64,000 nucleotides of DNA from Candidatus Latescibacterota bacterium. GTDB taxonomy: Bacteria > Latescibacterota > CBDEFO01. The notes under the pieces are model-generated. The model did no database searches, was not told the origin of the DNA, and saw only the letters and a program-made list of their open reading frames with translations. A program made the position numbers and the translations under genes. Position 1 is the first letter of the stretch. Every line of letters begins with the position of its first letter. Positions 9,464 to 19,971 of the stretch are shown piece by piece. The stretch lies in the NCBI GenBank assembly GCA_965248755.1, contig OZ252149.1:4252314-4316313 (forward strand), given 5' to 3'.

Positions 9464-10273
9464 TTGCTGGCATTTGATCGTAGTTCACAGGAATCAGATC
9501 TAGAGATGACAATTGGTTATGTAATAAAAGGTGCGCTTAAGAATCTGAGACATCATAAGATCGGGAAATGTAATATATGTGGCAACTTCACAGTCTTTAT
9601 CTGCACAGACTTGATGACAGCGACCAACAACATGTACTGCCTTTTCTGCGTCAGCTCATCCCGGAAAAGACATGTTGCAAAAATGATCATTGAAGAGGTT
9701 ATTCAGGGTATCTCCTCTATCTCCAAGATTCCGAAAGGTAAGGATATCAAGATTTACAATACAGATGTAGGTGAATCATTTTATAGAGTGTTACATAAGC
9801 ACGAGTCATATATTTGCTCCGGTCTGTTCCCTGATGTTGAACCGGGGACTCAGATTAGGAAGAGGGTATTTTGCCAAAACATAGAGAATTTGACATTCCA
9901 GAACGATACTTTTGAGCTGGTAATAAGCGAAGATGTCTTTGAGCATGTAAGAGATCACGAAAAGGGATTTCGAGAGATTTGTCGTGTATTGAAAGTCGGT
10001 GGTTATCATATTTTTACAGTTCCCTGCTATTTCGATAGACCTAGCATCGCTTATGTTGATACCTCTGGCGACGAGGATGTCCATATTCACCCACCGCGGT
10101 ACCACGGTGATAAAATCCGGGGCAAGATACTGGCTTATAGGATGTTTGGGATCGATATTTACGATCTTCTCAAATCTATCGGCTTCGAAACGAAAGTGAA
10201 TTTTCCCAGATATGTGGATCGAAAGTACGGGATTTTTGATAGTCATGTATTCATCTCTAAGAAATTGGGTTAG
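9464..10273 (+). CDS. SAM-dependent methyltransferase with N-terminal Cys-rich (zinc-ribbon-like) segment
   Basis: Class I methyltransferase-like core (VISEDVFEHVRDHEKGFREICRVLKVGGYHIFTVP); N-terminal CNICG...CLFC; true start may be the internal MTIGYV. Confidence 0.6.
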   Translation: MLAFDRSSQESDLEMTIGYVIKGALKNLRHHKIGKCNICGNFTVFICTDLMTATNNMYCLFCVSSSRKRHVAKMIIEEVIQGISSISKIPKGKDIKIYNTDVGESFYRVLHKHESYICSGLFPDVEPGTQIRKRVFCQNIENLTFQNDTFELVISEDVFEHVRDHEKGFREICRVLKVGGYHIFTVPCYFDRPSIAYVDTSGDEDVHIHPPRYHGDKIRGKILAYRMFGIDIYDLLKSIGFETKVNFPRYVDRKYGIFDSHVFISKKLG

Positions 10274-10375
10274 CATCGCGTTCTAGCGATCTCTCTTGGA
10301 GTTGACTCAAATGACTTCGGGATTTTAGATAAACATGAACTGTAATTAAGCGGTTGTGATTTCAAGAGTGAACTT

Positions 10376-11245
10376 GTGATACTTCAGATACTGATATCCA
10401 TGCGGCCCAGGCAGTGGATTAAGAACTTCTTCGTACTGGCGGCCCTGGTCTTTTCAAAGAATCTCCTCGATACCGATTCCCTGTACAAGAGCCTTGAAGC
10501 CTTTGGACTTTTCTGTCTCATTTCAAGTTCTGTATATATAATCAACGACATCCTCGATCTGGAAAAGGATAAAAGACATCCTGAAAAAAGAAAAAGGCCC
10601 TTGGCCGCCGGGAAGATGAGCGTCCCGACAGCTTGGGCCGCGGCTGTCACAATGTTGTCCCTTTCCCTATTACTTTCCTTTTGGCTTAAAACATCTTTCG
10701 GAGCCGTAAGCTCTGTATACTTGGTGCTCAACCTTGCGTATTCTGTCTACCTTAAGCACATAGTTATCGTAGATGTTATGATGGTAGCCTTCGGATTTCT
10801 GCTGAGAGCTGTTGCAGGAGCTGTCGTCATAAATGTTGATATATCATCCTGGTTTATGCTGTGCACCGTGCTTTTGGCGCTCTTTTTAGGGTTCGTCAAG
10901 AGGAGACACGAGCTTGTTATCCTCAAGGAAGGCGCATCAGATCACAGAAAGTCGCTCGAAGAATACAGCTCCCTGTTCCTCGATCAGATGATAGCCGTCG
11001 TCACCTCTGCCACTTTAATTTGCTACGCCCTCTACACCATGTCGCCTGAGGTCGTACGCAAACTCGGAACGGAGCGTCTGGACCTGACCGTTCCCTTTGT
11101 CCTCTACGGAATCTTGAGATACCTATATCTGGCCTACGAAAAGAGCGAAGGTGGTAATCCCACTACGACCATCTTACACGATGGTCCGCTTCTGATAGAC
11201 CTGGGACTCTGGCTCTTGACTTTGGTGCTTATCCTCTACACTTAG
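10376..11245 (+). CDS. UbiA-family prenyltransferase, decaprenyl-phosphate phosphoribosyltransferase-like
   Basis: 289 aa polytopic membrane protein; N-terminal RPRQWIKNFFVLAALVFS and Asp-rich YIINDILDLEKDKRH motif typical of the UbiA/DPPR-synthase family. Confidence 0.75.
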   Translation: MILQILISMRPRQWIKNFFVLAALVFSKNLLDTDSLYKSLEAFGLFCLISSSVYIINDILDLEKDKRHPEKRKRPLAAGKMSVPTAWAAAVTMLSLSLLLSFWLKTSFGAVSSVYLVLNLAYSVYLKHIVIVDVMMVAFGFLLRAVAGAVVINVDISSWFMLCTVLLALFLGFVKRRHELVILKEGASDHRKSLEEYSSLFLDQMIAVVTSATLICYALYTMSPEVVRKLGTERLDLTVPFVLYGILRYLYLAYEKSEGGNPTTTILHDGPLLIDLGLWLLTLVLILYT

Positions 11246-12605
11246 CAAGTAGCAGCATCTCTTCCCGAAAAGAAGTCAGGTTACTTTGTGTTCTTCGCGC
11301 CTTGACGCTATATCCTGTTCAACCTGGCGCGGTAGCAATGCCCACAGCGCCCGTGAGACCTGCATGACTTAGATACGTTTCGGATAACCTCAGTATAACC
11401 GAAAGCCGATCAAAAGCCTCCAGACCTGATGCGTATTGTCCTCTTTGGGCCCTGCTCCCTTTTCAAATCTGCGAGAGAACTTGTACACTTTCCCCTGAAG
11501 ATGGAGGTAAAACCTGTCACCTTCCTTGCGGCGTTTTATGTCGACTCCGATGTAATCTAATCCTTCCTCCATCCTGTCTATGCCCTCGTCTCCCGAAAAA
11601 GGCACAAGTGCCTCAGCCCTTTCACGGTCGTATTCAAAACCCACCCTAATGTCATTCCAGATCTGATAAGTCGTCCTGAAGAAAGCGTCTCTTTCTTCAT
11701 TCCTGAAGCCCTGCTCTTCTGTGCCTCTCCCGACGTGGTGTCCTACAATCCAATCCCTGTAGATATAGGGGAAGTTGCCAGCGACATCCCCGCTGTGCGC
11801 ATACCAGCCGTTCGGCGCCGAGATCCCTCTCCTCAAAAACCTACTTTCGACGACCTGAAATAGCCTTGCTAACTCTATCCTCAGATCCGCCCTTCCGTCC
11901 CTAAATAGGTCTCCAAGGTACGCACCTATCAAATAAGCACTATTGCGGCCCCAAGGTATTACCCTCCTTGCAAACCCCGGGTACCACACATCGTCTCCGG
12001 CTGTTAAACCATAGAGCTTAACGTAATCGTATAGATATACACTCCCCCCCACCTCAGCGATGGCATTGCCTCTTATATCCCCTGCTGTCTGATTAAGAAT
12101 GCTCTCTATGGGGTTCTCCTTAATGACGCCCCCGACGCTTGCTCCTACAGCGATCTTGTTTAGACCGACATTCCCCATATCACATTCATGAGGGATTGTA
12201 TTTCGATACAATCTTGTTTGTGAATGAATATTACCACTTTTACATTTTTCAACAAGTATTTTTTTCAATTAATTATAGTATTTTCCTCTGAATTATCACT
12301 TTCTTTGTGTTTAAATCCTCCAAATCGGAGACACCTCTCCATCGACTCACAAAAAAATGTGGCAGTTTAAACAGAGTAATATCGCAATCGTTCAATCCGG
12401 GATAATATTTCGGTAAATAAGCTCTTGTCTATCCCAACCTCAGCCATCTGAAACGTGATGTATCTGCTGTGCCTGACAAGCTTCGCGCCAATCTTGATCA
12501 ATGTCACGAGGAGGCTGCCAAGAGACCCCGGGATAATATCAGTGTTTGATTCTCCCTGGAAGAACCAACCGCCTTAGCCCGATTAATTCATAAACTTGCT
12601 GGAGT

Positions 12606-12628
12606 TATTGCGAGGAGCAAAGCGGTCC
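12606..12628. repeat. palindromic element copy (TCCCCGATTGAGTCTATCGGGGA)
   Basis: 7-8 bp perfect stem with 7-nt loop; member of a dispersed family (see findings). Confidence 0.8.
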
Positions 12629-12714
12629 CCGATTGAGTCTATCGGGGAAGCAATCTCAAGGTTTTATAGTGGTCTCCTATGAGAGTCGGAGAGTATTACA
12701 TCTACCACAAGTAA

Positions 12715-12738
12715 CCCCCGATTAAATCTATCGGGGGG
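12715..12738. repeat. palindromic element copy (CCCCCGATTAAATCTATCGGGGGG)
   Basis: Same stem and loop architecture, 109 bp from the previous copy in direct orientation. Confidence 0.8.
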
Positions 12739-12933
12739 ATTGCTTCGCCTTCGGCTTGCAATGACACCGAAGGTGGTTAAACGGCATAACTATAATATAA
12801 TACAATCCCTTAATTAATACACGGACTTTTTTTGTGAATTATTCGCCTCAGAAAGTTTCCAAGATTATAGGCCAGAAGAAATAACCAGAGCCTCACCTGA
12901 TCCCTTTCTGAACCCACATAGCATTGATATCTG

Positions 12934-13317
12934 TCAGGTGATATCTGACAGGCTGTTGAGATTTTCCAACTGAGTCAGTATCTCCGTTTCAAAACGTCCT
13001 ATCGTGTTGGCGCTGGCGGCGTGCTTGCCTTTGCCCTTCTTTCCGGTAATCGCTCGCATTACTGGGTCAACTGGTAAAGGATGAGCATTATTCACAGCTT
13101 CATATCCTGCAAGACGACTGTAAATCGATTGACGCATCAGTGTGGGCATATCATGTTGGATATTAAGTCCTCTTCGTAGATCGTTAAAAAGACTAGATAC
13201 TGAGTCGAATAATCCTAAAACGTCATCGAGGTCACGATACGCAAGAAGACCACCATCAGATGTCACCTTGGCACGATCAAATTCAAGCTTAATAGTTCCA
13301 TCAAATCCCATATTCAT
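12934..13317 (-). pseudogene. IS1380-family transposase, N-terminal fragment
   Basis: 127-aa ORF LEFDRAKVTSDGGLLAYRDLDDVLGL...YSRLAGYEAVNNA matches the conserved N-terminus of IS4/IS1380-type DDE transposases; the catalytic core is missing. Confidence 0.6.
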
Positions 13318-14278
13318 CCTTTCACCCTCTGGATGATCAATACTTATCCGCCATTTCCGAGTCTTATTTATTGTAATCTAACATGTTCTGGTGACTTTGA
13401 CAACCGTTTTTCGGGTCTAATATGAGGAATGGTGGTTAGATATGTCCACTGGAGCCTTGCGGTAATAAGGCTTACCTCATCTCCGGTTCGACTTTGAAGA
13501 CCGTCGATAATAGAGGTGCTCCCGGACACTGGACCCAAACTATGTTCTATCTGAATGGACCTAAGAGGAGGAGCGTTGTCTGTCAACACAAAATTTCCAT
13601 GGTAGCCCGGTCCCCACCATTGTCTGCTCTTCCCAAATAAAAAATCGGTCCTCAGAAACCTTACTTTAAGATAGACCTCGTCTAACTTTGCTACGGTTCT
13701 CTCGTCCTTTCCGAAAAGGTAAGGAGATGCAAAAAAGGCAGCATAAGGCGTAATACTTGCTCCTACATCTATTTTGGCCCCGATGCTGCCGCCCTTGGAA
13801 AAGTGATAAGGCTCAATATTATCCACATTTTTAACTGCCGCTCTGGTAGCTCCAAAGAGGGTTAACTCCCCCTTTATGTAAGGGATAAAAAGTTTTTTCC
13901 TTTTTCCCCGCTCTGCCTTTGCTATATCCTCCAATTCGAGTCGAAACTCGTGCTCAAGGTCTAAGACCCATCTTTCTACCTCCAAAGACAATGCCGGCTT
14001 ACTCTTTGACAGTCCATAAACTAAAAGAGCGGCCTCATAACGTCCGATGGGTTTGCTCTCGGACGGAGGACGCTCTAAAAGTCCCTTTGTGTTTAACCTT
14101 TCCAGGATACCGTACGCCCAGTGATGCAGGGGCAAAGCGACAGATGCTCTCCTTTCCTGGAACGGAGTCCACGTTCTACCTTGTGCCCAAACCTTACCGG
14201 CGTTAGCAGTACTGAGGTTCCCAAGCAGTATCGGAGAACTTTTTGGGGAAAAGAGGATTAGGGCAACATACGCACAAC

Positions 14279-16113
14279 TTAAGAACTTCCACTTTGATGA
14301 TTTCTGCAAAACTCCTGAAGTCCCTTCAAAAGTCCCTCTCTGTCTACCCTATCGACGTAGTCGATAATGTTTTGGATCTTCTTGTCCAGCCCATCGATCC
14401 GATTAGAAGACGTGATCCTTAGTATCTTATCGTGCACAGTAGGCTCTACCTTTTCGTCTCCGTTCCAAAGTTCTTCGTGCATCTTTTCTCCGAGCATAAG
14501 TCCTGTGAAGACTATCTGTATATCCTTGTCCACTTCCAGTCCGGAAAGATGTATCATGTCCTTTGCCAGATCCAATATTTTGATCGGGCGTCCCATGTTC
14601 AATATGAATATATCTCCCCTATTTCCTATCGCCGCTGCCTCCAATACCAACTGTGCCGCCTCTGGGATTGTCATAAAGTAGCGGGCTATATCAGGGTGAG
14701 ATACTGTAACGGGGCCTCCTTCTGCTATCTGTTTCCTGAATATAGGGATGACACTTCCGTCGCTGTCCAGGACGTTGCCGAATCTGACTGTGACAAACTT
14801 GGCCCTGCTTTGTCTGCCGAAATCCTGGATGAAGAACTCCGCCAGCTTCTTGGATACACCCATAACTCCCACCGGATTAACTGCCTTGTCTGTTGAGATA
14901 TTAACAAAGGTCTCCACACCGCCTTCCTCTGACAGCTGTGCCGCAGCTATAGTCCCAGCTAAATTGTTCTTTATGGCTTCCTCAGGGTTCAACTCCATCA
15001 AAAGCACGTGCTTATGAGCCGCAGCGTGAAAGACGATCTGTGGCTTGTGTTCGCCTATCATGGCCCTGAACTTTGCCCGGTCGTTAATATCTCCTATTAT
15101 CTGGACAATCTCCGTATCTCTTGCAATCTTTTCAAATTCAATTCCCAAAAAGTGCATATTGTTCTCAGCTTTGTCATAGAGCACAATTTTGAAGGGATTA
15201 TAAGCAGAAGTTGGCGGCATATCTCCGCACCGATAGAGCCCGCTGCTCCGGTTACTAATACAGTTTTATTTGCTATAAACGAGCGTAACTTCTTAGTATC
15301 TAAATTCACCTCCTCTCTACCTAAAAGGTCCTCAACCTTGACGTCCCTGAGTTGATTTATAGGAGATTTTCCATTTACCATCTCGGAGGATGCGGGTGCG
15401 ATCTTGAAATCGATGTTGCATTCTGAGCATATATCTACGATCTCCCTGATCTCTTGTCCACTCGCATCTGGAACCGCCATGATCACTTGCCTGATCTGTC
15501 TGCTTTGAATGATGTTTTTCATCTTCTCCACCCCGCCTAAAATCTCGATTCAGTGAATCCGCATGCCCACATTGGCGCCCGAATTGTCTATGAATCCCTC
15601 GATCTTATACTGCTCCCGATGGTTATTCTCCACCTCCCTGACGATCAGCTCTGCTGTGCTTCCTATGCCGTATATTAGGACAGGTGCGGCAGATCCTCGC
15701 GGTCTCAGCACAGACTCCAAACTCGACCGGAATCTGATAACAAATCTGCTACCCCCGATAAGCAGGATCATAGACATCCAGTCCAGCAAGAAGACACGCC
15801 TTGGGAAGTCCACCGTGCGCAGGACGTATACCAAAGCGATCAGAACTATACTCCCTATCGTAATACTCTTGCATATCTGAACTAAGTCCTCAACACTTGC
15901 ATATTTCCATAGTCTGCGATAGAGATTCGTAACTGAGAATATGCCTATCCTCACTGGGATCGCCAATACCACCATAAGCATCAGGTTATACCTCTGAGCT
16001 TCGGGGAATGAGAAGTTAGAGATCACCCCGAACGATAGGAAAACCGAAATTGCTATAGACAGCAAGTCTGCTACTATCAGGAGGATTTGGTGTCTTTTTA
16101 ATCTTATGTTCAC
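14279..16113 (-). pseudogene. capD: CapD/PglF/WbpM-type UDP-sugar 4,6-dehydratase, disrupted by two frameshifts
   Basis: Three consecutive ORFs (15550..16293, 15097..15531, 14279..15220) together encode an N-terminal membrane domain, a linker with VLVTGAAGSIGAEICRQLL NAD-binding motif, and the epimerase/dehydratase domain; frame changes near 15545 and 15100-15230. Confidence 0.7.
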
Positions 16114-16138
16114 CGATTCGTGTCCCAGAATTTCAGCT

Positions 16139-17263
16139 TCAGAACAAAGCTTTTTTATTCTTACGTATTGCCTCTTTGAGTCTTTTGCACACGTAGTCAA
16201 TCTGTGCCTGGGATATATTTCCGAAGAAAGGCAGCGCCAGGACATATCTTGACGCCTCCTCACAGACTGGAAAATCTCCCACTTTATATCCAAACCTCTC
16301 CCTATAGAAGGGCTGAAGGTGTATAGGAGAAAAATAGGGTCGCGATTCTACACCATCTGCTCTCAAATCCCTCATAATTCCTTCTCTATCAACATTTGTA
16401 CTTAATCTTATTACATACACAAACCAGCTTATCTTCACACCCTTTGCCACATACTGAGTTCCTACTTCCTCTACATCTTTAAGGTTCTGATTGTACTTCT
16501 GTGCCGCCTCATCCCGCTTTGACAGCAATTCATCTATCCTTTCAAGTTGAGCCAGCCCCAGCGCTGAGCTCATCTCATCCAGGCGATAGTTAAATCCGAG
16601 TCTTTCGTGCTCAAGCCAACTTCCATTCTCCGAACGCCCCTGATTTCCCAGACTCCTCAAGAGCCTGGCTAATGCCTCATCATCAGTGACGACAACGCCC
16701 CCTTCTCCCATGGTCATCTGCTTGTTGGGATAGAAAGCAAAGACACCAGCCCTCCCGAAACTCCCCACGAGCTTGTCACCATACTTTGCTCCTGTTGCCT
16801 CACAGGCGTCCTCTACCACCTCCAGACTATGTTCTTGTGACAATTCCATAATAGCATCCATATCGCACGGATGTCCGAAGATGTGAACCGGAAGTATCGC
16901 CTTTGTCCTTTCTGTGATCGCCTCCTCTATCCTGCTTGGATCCATATTCAGAGTCAGAGGATCCACATCTACGAAGACCGGCTTGCCCCTGGCCATAAGG
17001 ATGCAGTTGCTCGAAGCCACGAAGCTGAACGGAGACGTAATCAGCTCATCGCCTGGTCCTATCCCGATTCCTATCAAACAAAGATGCAGTCCACCAGTCC
17101 CACTCGAGGCTCCTACGGCGAACCTGCTCCCTATGTACTCTGCAAACTTACGCTCAAAATCCCTCAGCTTCGGACCCAGAGAAAGCCGCCCCGAGCGGAG
17201 GACTTCATTTACCGATCTGATCTCGAGTTCGCCTATATCGGGCGAGGAAAGGGGCACTTGCAT
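16139..17263 (-). CDS. DegT/DnrJ/EryC1/StrS-family PLP-dependent sugar aminotransferase
   Basis: 374 aa; family-typical layout; directly upstream of capD on the same strand. Confidence 0.85.
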   Translation of the reverse strand: MQVPLSSPDIGELEIRSVNEVLRSGRLSLGPKLRDFERKFAEYIGSRFAVGASSGTGGLHLCLIGIGIGPGDELITSPFSFVASSNCILMARGKPVFVDVDPLTLNMDPSRIEEAITERTKAILPVHIFGHPCDMDAIMELSQEHSLEVVEDACEATGAKYGDKLVGSFGRAGVFAFYPNKQMTMGEGGVVVTDDEALARLLRSLGNQGRSENGSWLEHERLGFNYRLDEMSSALGLAQLERIDELLSKRDEAAQKYNQNLKDVEEVGTQYVAKGVKISWFVYVIRLSTNVDREGIMRDLRADGVESRPYFSPIHLQPFYRERFGYKVGDFPVCEEASRYVLALPFFGNISQAQIDYVCKRLKEAIRKNKKALF

Positions 17264-17322
17264 AGCAAAATATGGGTTGGACTAAACACCTTTACGTCCA
17301 GAGCGATTCTCTGATTGCTCTA

Positions 17323-18468
17323 TCAGATCGCAGATGATTTCAACTTCCGCGCTATAACTATAAGCCCTATTGTCTCCACAAAGATAAGACCCAGACCTAA
17401 CTCTATCGGTAGTTCGACTACAAAGAGCGCGGAAAGACCGAAGAAGAATCCCATCCCAGAGCAGATAAGAACTGTGTGCTCCTGGGAAAATCCCATATCA
17501 ATCAGCTTATCGTAGAAATGGCTTCGATCTCCTGAAAATATCGGCTTTCTGTTTGCTCTCCTTTGCACAACTGCCAGAAGCGTGTCGAAAATCGGCACGG
17601 TCACTACCAGAAGTGGTCCCAGGATCCACCTTAGATCGAATCTCTGCGACGGCAGGAGAAGGATCAGCATAAAGGCGCACATAAATCCCAAAAATAGACT
17701 CCCAGAGTCACCCATAAAGACGTCGGCAGGGTGCCAGTTGAAAAATAAAAATCCCAGGCAGATTCCCAAAAGACATAGGGATATAGCTATACCTATTGGA
17801 GACTCAGCCATGTAAGAAAGTAGCGCGAAGAATCCGAAGGCAATAGCAGACACCCCCCCTGCAAGTCCATCTATCCCATCCAGGAGATTCATAGCGTTGG
17901 AACTCCCCACTACATAGAGCACTACAAGAAGAACTCCCAAAAGTCCCAAAGGGATAACTTTTGTCATTCCGATCAACACAATTACAGCCGTTATCTGTCC
18001 CAAAAGCTTAGCAAAAGGTGAAATTCTCTTCATATCGTCAATAAGTCCTACTATAAAGATAACTCCTGACGACAAAATTGCTGTGATATAAATCACCAGA
18101 AAGTCCGAATTTAAATAATTAAATCGATATGCACCATATCCGACAACCGCAAATGTCAAAAACATAGCGATCCCTCCTGTTCTGGGGATCGGATAAGAGT
18201 GAACGTCCAACCTTCCCGGAGTATATACGATGTTCAATCTCTTTGCTGTCTCCTTTGCCAAAAAAGTTAAAGCTATAGATAGAGCAAGGCAGATCCAAAA
18301 TAGAGCCGCATTGACCTTGATTCCTGTCAACTCAAAGCTGGCCCCGACAAGCAGAGCAGCCCATAGTGGGAGACGAAGAAAACGCCTGGAAGATAAATTT
18401 TCCGTCCTTTGTGTAAGACTTTTGCTCATAACTGTGGAATCCAGACAAGACTGACGAAGATACCGCAA
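17323..18468 (-). CDS. polyprenyl-phosphate sugar-1-phosphate transferase (MraY/WecA/WbpL family)
   Basis: 381 aa, about 10 TM segments; motifs DDMKRISPFAKLLGQ and HPADVFMGDSGSLFLGF. Confidence 0.8.
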   Translation of the reverse strand: MRYLRQSCLDSTVMSKSLTQRTENLSSRRFLRLPLWAALLVGASFELTGIKVNAALFWICLALSIALTFLAKETAKRLNIVYTPGRLDVHSYPIPRTGGIAMFLTFAVVGYGAYRFNYLNSDFLVIYITAILSSGVIFIVGLIDDMKRISPFAKLLGQITAVIVLIGMTKVIPLGLLGVLLVVLYVVGSSNAMNLLDGIDGLAGGVSAIAFGFFALLSYMAESPIGIAISLCLLGICLGFLFFNWHPADVFMGDSGSLFLGFMCAFMLILLLPSQRFDLRWILGPLLVVTVPIFDTLLAVVQRRANRKPIFSGDRSHFYDKLIDMGFSQEHTVLICSGMGFFFGLSALFVVELPIELGLGLIFVETIGLIVIARKLKSSAI

Positions 18469-18504
18469 AGCCCAGCAGAAACGAGAATTAAAATATACGT
18501 TATT

Positions 18505-18957
18505 CTACGTCAAAACACAAGCATTATCCACATAAAAAAATGTGGAGAGGGAGGGATGTTTGATTGGCCATGCGATCACTGGCCCGCTGCACCAGAGAGT
18601 TAAGGGTCTGTCGAGATTTTCGGCGATCTCCAAAGGTTCTGGGGCAGAGGGAATCTTGAAGAGTTGGCAATACTCCTTGAGGAGGTCCACAACAATAACA
18701 TCAAGGGCTGTCGCTAATCTTCTCAGTGTCCTAATGGAAAAACTGCTGTCGGATTTCTCCCACTTCGTGATAACAGTCCTGTGAACGCCGACCTTCACCG
18801 CTAACTGATACTGTTTCAGCCCGCGCTCCTTGCGAATGTTTCTGAGGTTTTCTCCTACCGTCAAACTTGTCTTCTTTGCTAACGTATGGCTGTTCTGACA
18901 GGATGTCGGATACGTAAATAAAAAGGTAATGCAGTAGAAAACTTGCACCTGGTACAT
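18505..18957 (-). CDS. XRE-family helix-turn-helix transcriptional regulator
   Basis: HTH segment LRNIRKERGLKQYQLAVKVGVHRTVITKWEKS; start uncertain (ORF track extends to 18993). Confidence 0.6.
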   Translation of the reverse strand: MYQVQVFYCITFLFTYPTSCQNSHTLAKKTSLTVGENLRNIRKERGLKQYQLAVKVGVHRTVITKWEKSDSSFSIRTLRRLATALDVIVVDLLKEYCQLFKIPSAPEPLEIAENLDRPLTLWCSGPVIAWPIKHPSLSTFFYVDNACVLT

Positions 18958-18991
18958 TGACAATTTGTTGATCTGTAGCGATATTTGGGAC

Positions 18992-19776
18992 ATGAAAAAT
19001 TGCCCTCGCTGCAGGGGAAGAAAATTTTGGTTACTGAAGACTGGTCAGTTACGCTGTCGGAGGTGTAAATTGACTAGAAAGTTGACCTCCTCCTCCTGGG
19101 AGAAAACTCGAATGTCTCCGTACTGGAAGGGGAGGTTGGTTGAGTATTTTTGTCTTGGTGTTCCTGTTTACCGGTTGCGATTCCATGTTCCATACACGAG
19201 GAAGACTATGGAGCGCTGGTATCGGATCATTCGAAAGGAAATCTACCACCTCACCTTCAAGGAGCTTGAACTCCTTGAAGGTGAGGTGGAAATGGACGAA
19301 ACTCTCTTTGGTGGTAGAAGGCCTGGTAAGAGGGATTGGGGTGCTTTGGGCAAACAGATGGTCTTTGGGATCTATCAGAGAAAGGGTAAGGTGTTGACGT
19401 TTCCTATCTCGTCAAGGAGTCGTGACTCACTGTTGCCTCTTATTACCCAACACATCAAACCAGGGAGCTTATATTACACTGATGATTGGATAGCCTATGC
19501 CTCCCTTTCTATCAGTGGCAACCACGTGGTAGTGCCGAAAGAGAAGGGAATAGCTAGAGGAAGAGATCACCTTAATGGCGTGGAAGGTTTCTGGTCGTAT
19601 GCCAAACACTGGCTTTACCAGCGATCCCCGATTGATTCTATCGGGGAGGTGTTGACAAAAACTCCTTCCACCTTTACCTTAAGGAGATCGAGTGGTGCTT
19701 CAACCATCGCCACGAAAATCTCCTTCCACTTATAAGAAAGCTACTCGATCAACAAGCTGTCAAAGAGCTAAATTAG
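18992..19776 (+). pseudogene. IS1595-family transposase interrupted by a palindromic element
   Basis: N-terminal zinc ribbon CPRCRG...CRRC and DDE core with HLNGVEGFWSYAKHWLYQ; the family-typical C-terminus (KNSFHLYLKEIEWCFNHRHENLLPLIRKLL) is encoded in a different frame immediately after the palindrome at 19626-19648. Confidence 0.7.
19626..19648. repeat. palindromic element copy (TCCCCGATTGATTCTATCGGGGA) inside the IS1595 transposase gene
   Basis: Same family as 12606; sits exactly at the frame break. Confidence 0.8.
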
Positions 19777-19971
19777 TGCAACTTTAGTTATGCATTACCA
19801 ATAAAAATAACATATTTCTAGCGGCATTGGCAACTATTTTCTTGCACATGTAGAGATAATTTGTCATCTTGTGTGCCCAATATAGATTTTTTATTGCTTT
19901 TAACTCTAAAAAAGCTTATATTTTGACGTTGATTATCATCTGCCGATTTAACCTTAAAAGAGGCGTCCGTA

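Larger units (their letters stand above)
12368..13345 (-). mobile_element. IS1380-family insertion sequence remnant (internally deleted, carries palindromic repeats)
   Basis: N-terminal transposase fragment at 12934..13317; the 3' approx 200 bp (12368-12560) is near-identical to the IS1380-like 3' fragment at 61854-62095; about 1 kb, too short for an intact element; boundaries approximate. Confidence 0.55.
11390..14309 (-). pseudogene. outer-membrane beta-barrel protein (Wzi/capsule-assembly-like) split by an IS1380-family remnant
   Basis: N-part ORF 13368..14309 has a signal peptide and HHWAYGILERL region; C-part ORF 11390..12268 ends in LLIGFRLY (C-terminal aromatic, beta-barrel-like); the two parts are separated by transposase-derived sequence at about 12.37-13.35 kb. 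Confidence 0.4.

Noticed and set aside
9806-10276. Minus-strand ORF 9806..10276
   Set aside because: Entirely antisense to the methyltransferase CDS, which has recognisable motifs.
12606-12738. Possible CRISPR array (two direct copies of a palindromic repeat 109 bp apart)
   Set aside because: Only two adjacent copies, spacing and repeat length unlike CRISPR, other copies are scattered singly or inverted, and no cas genes are present.
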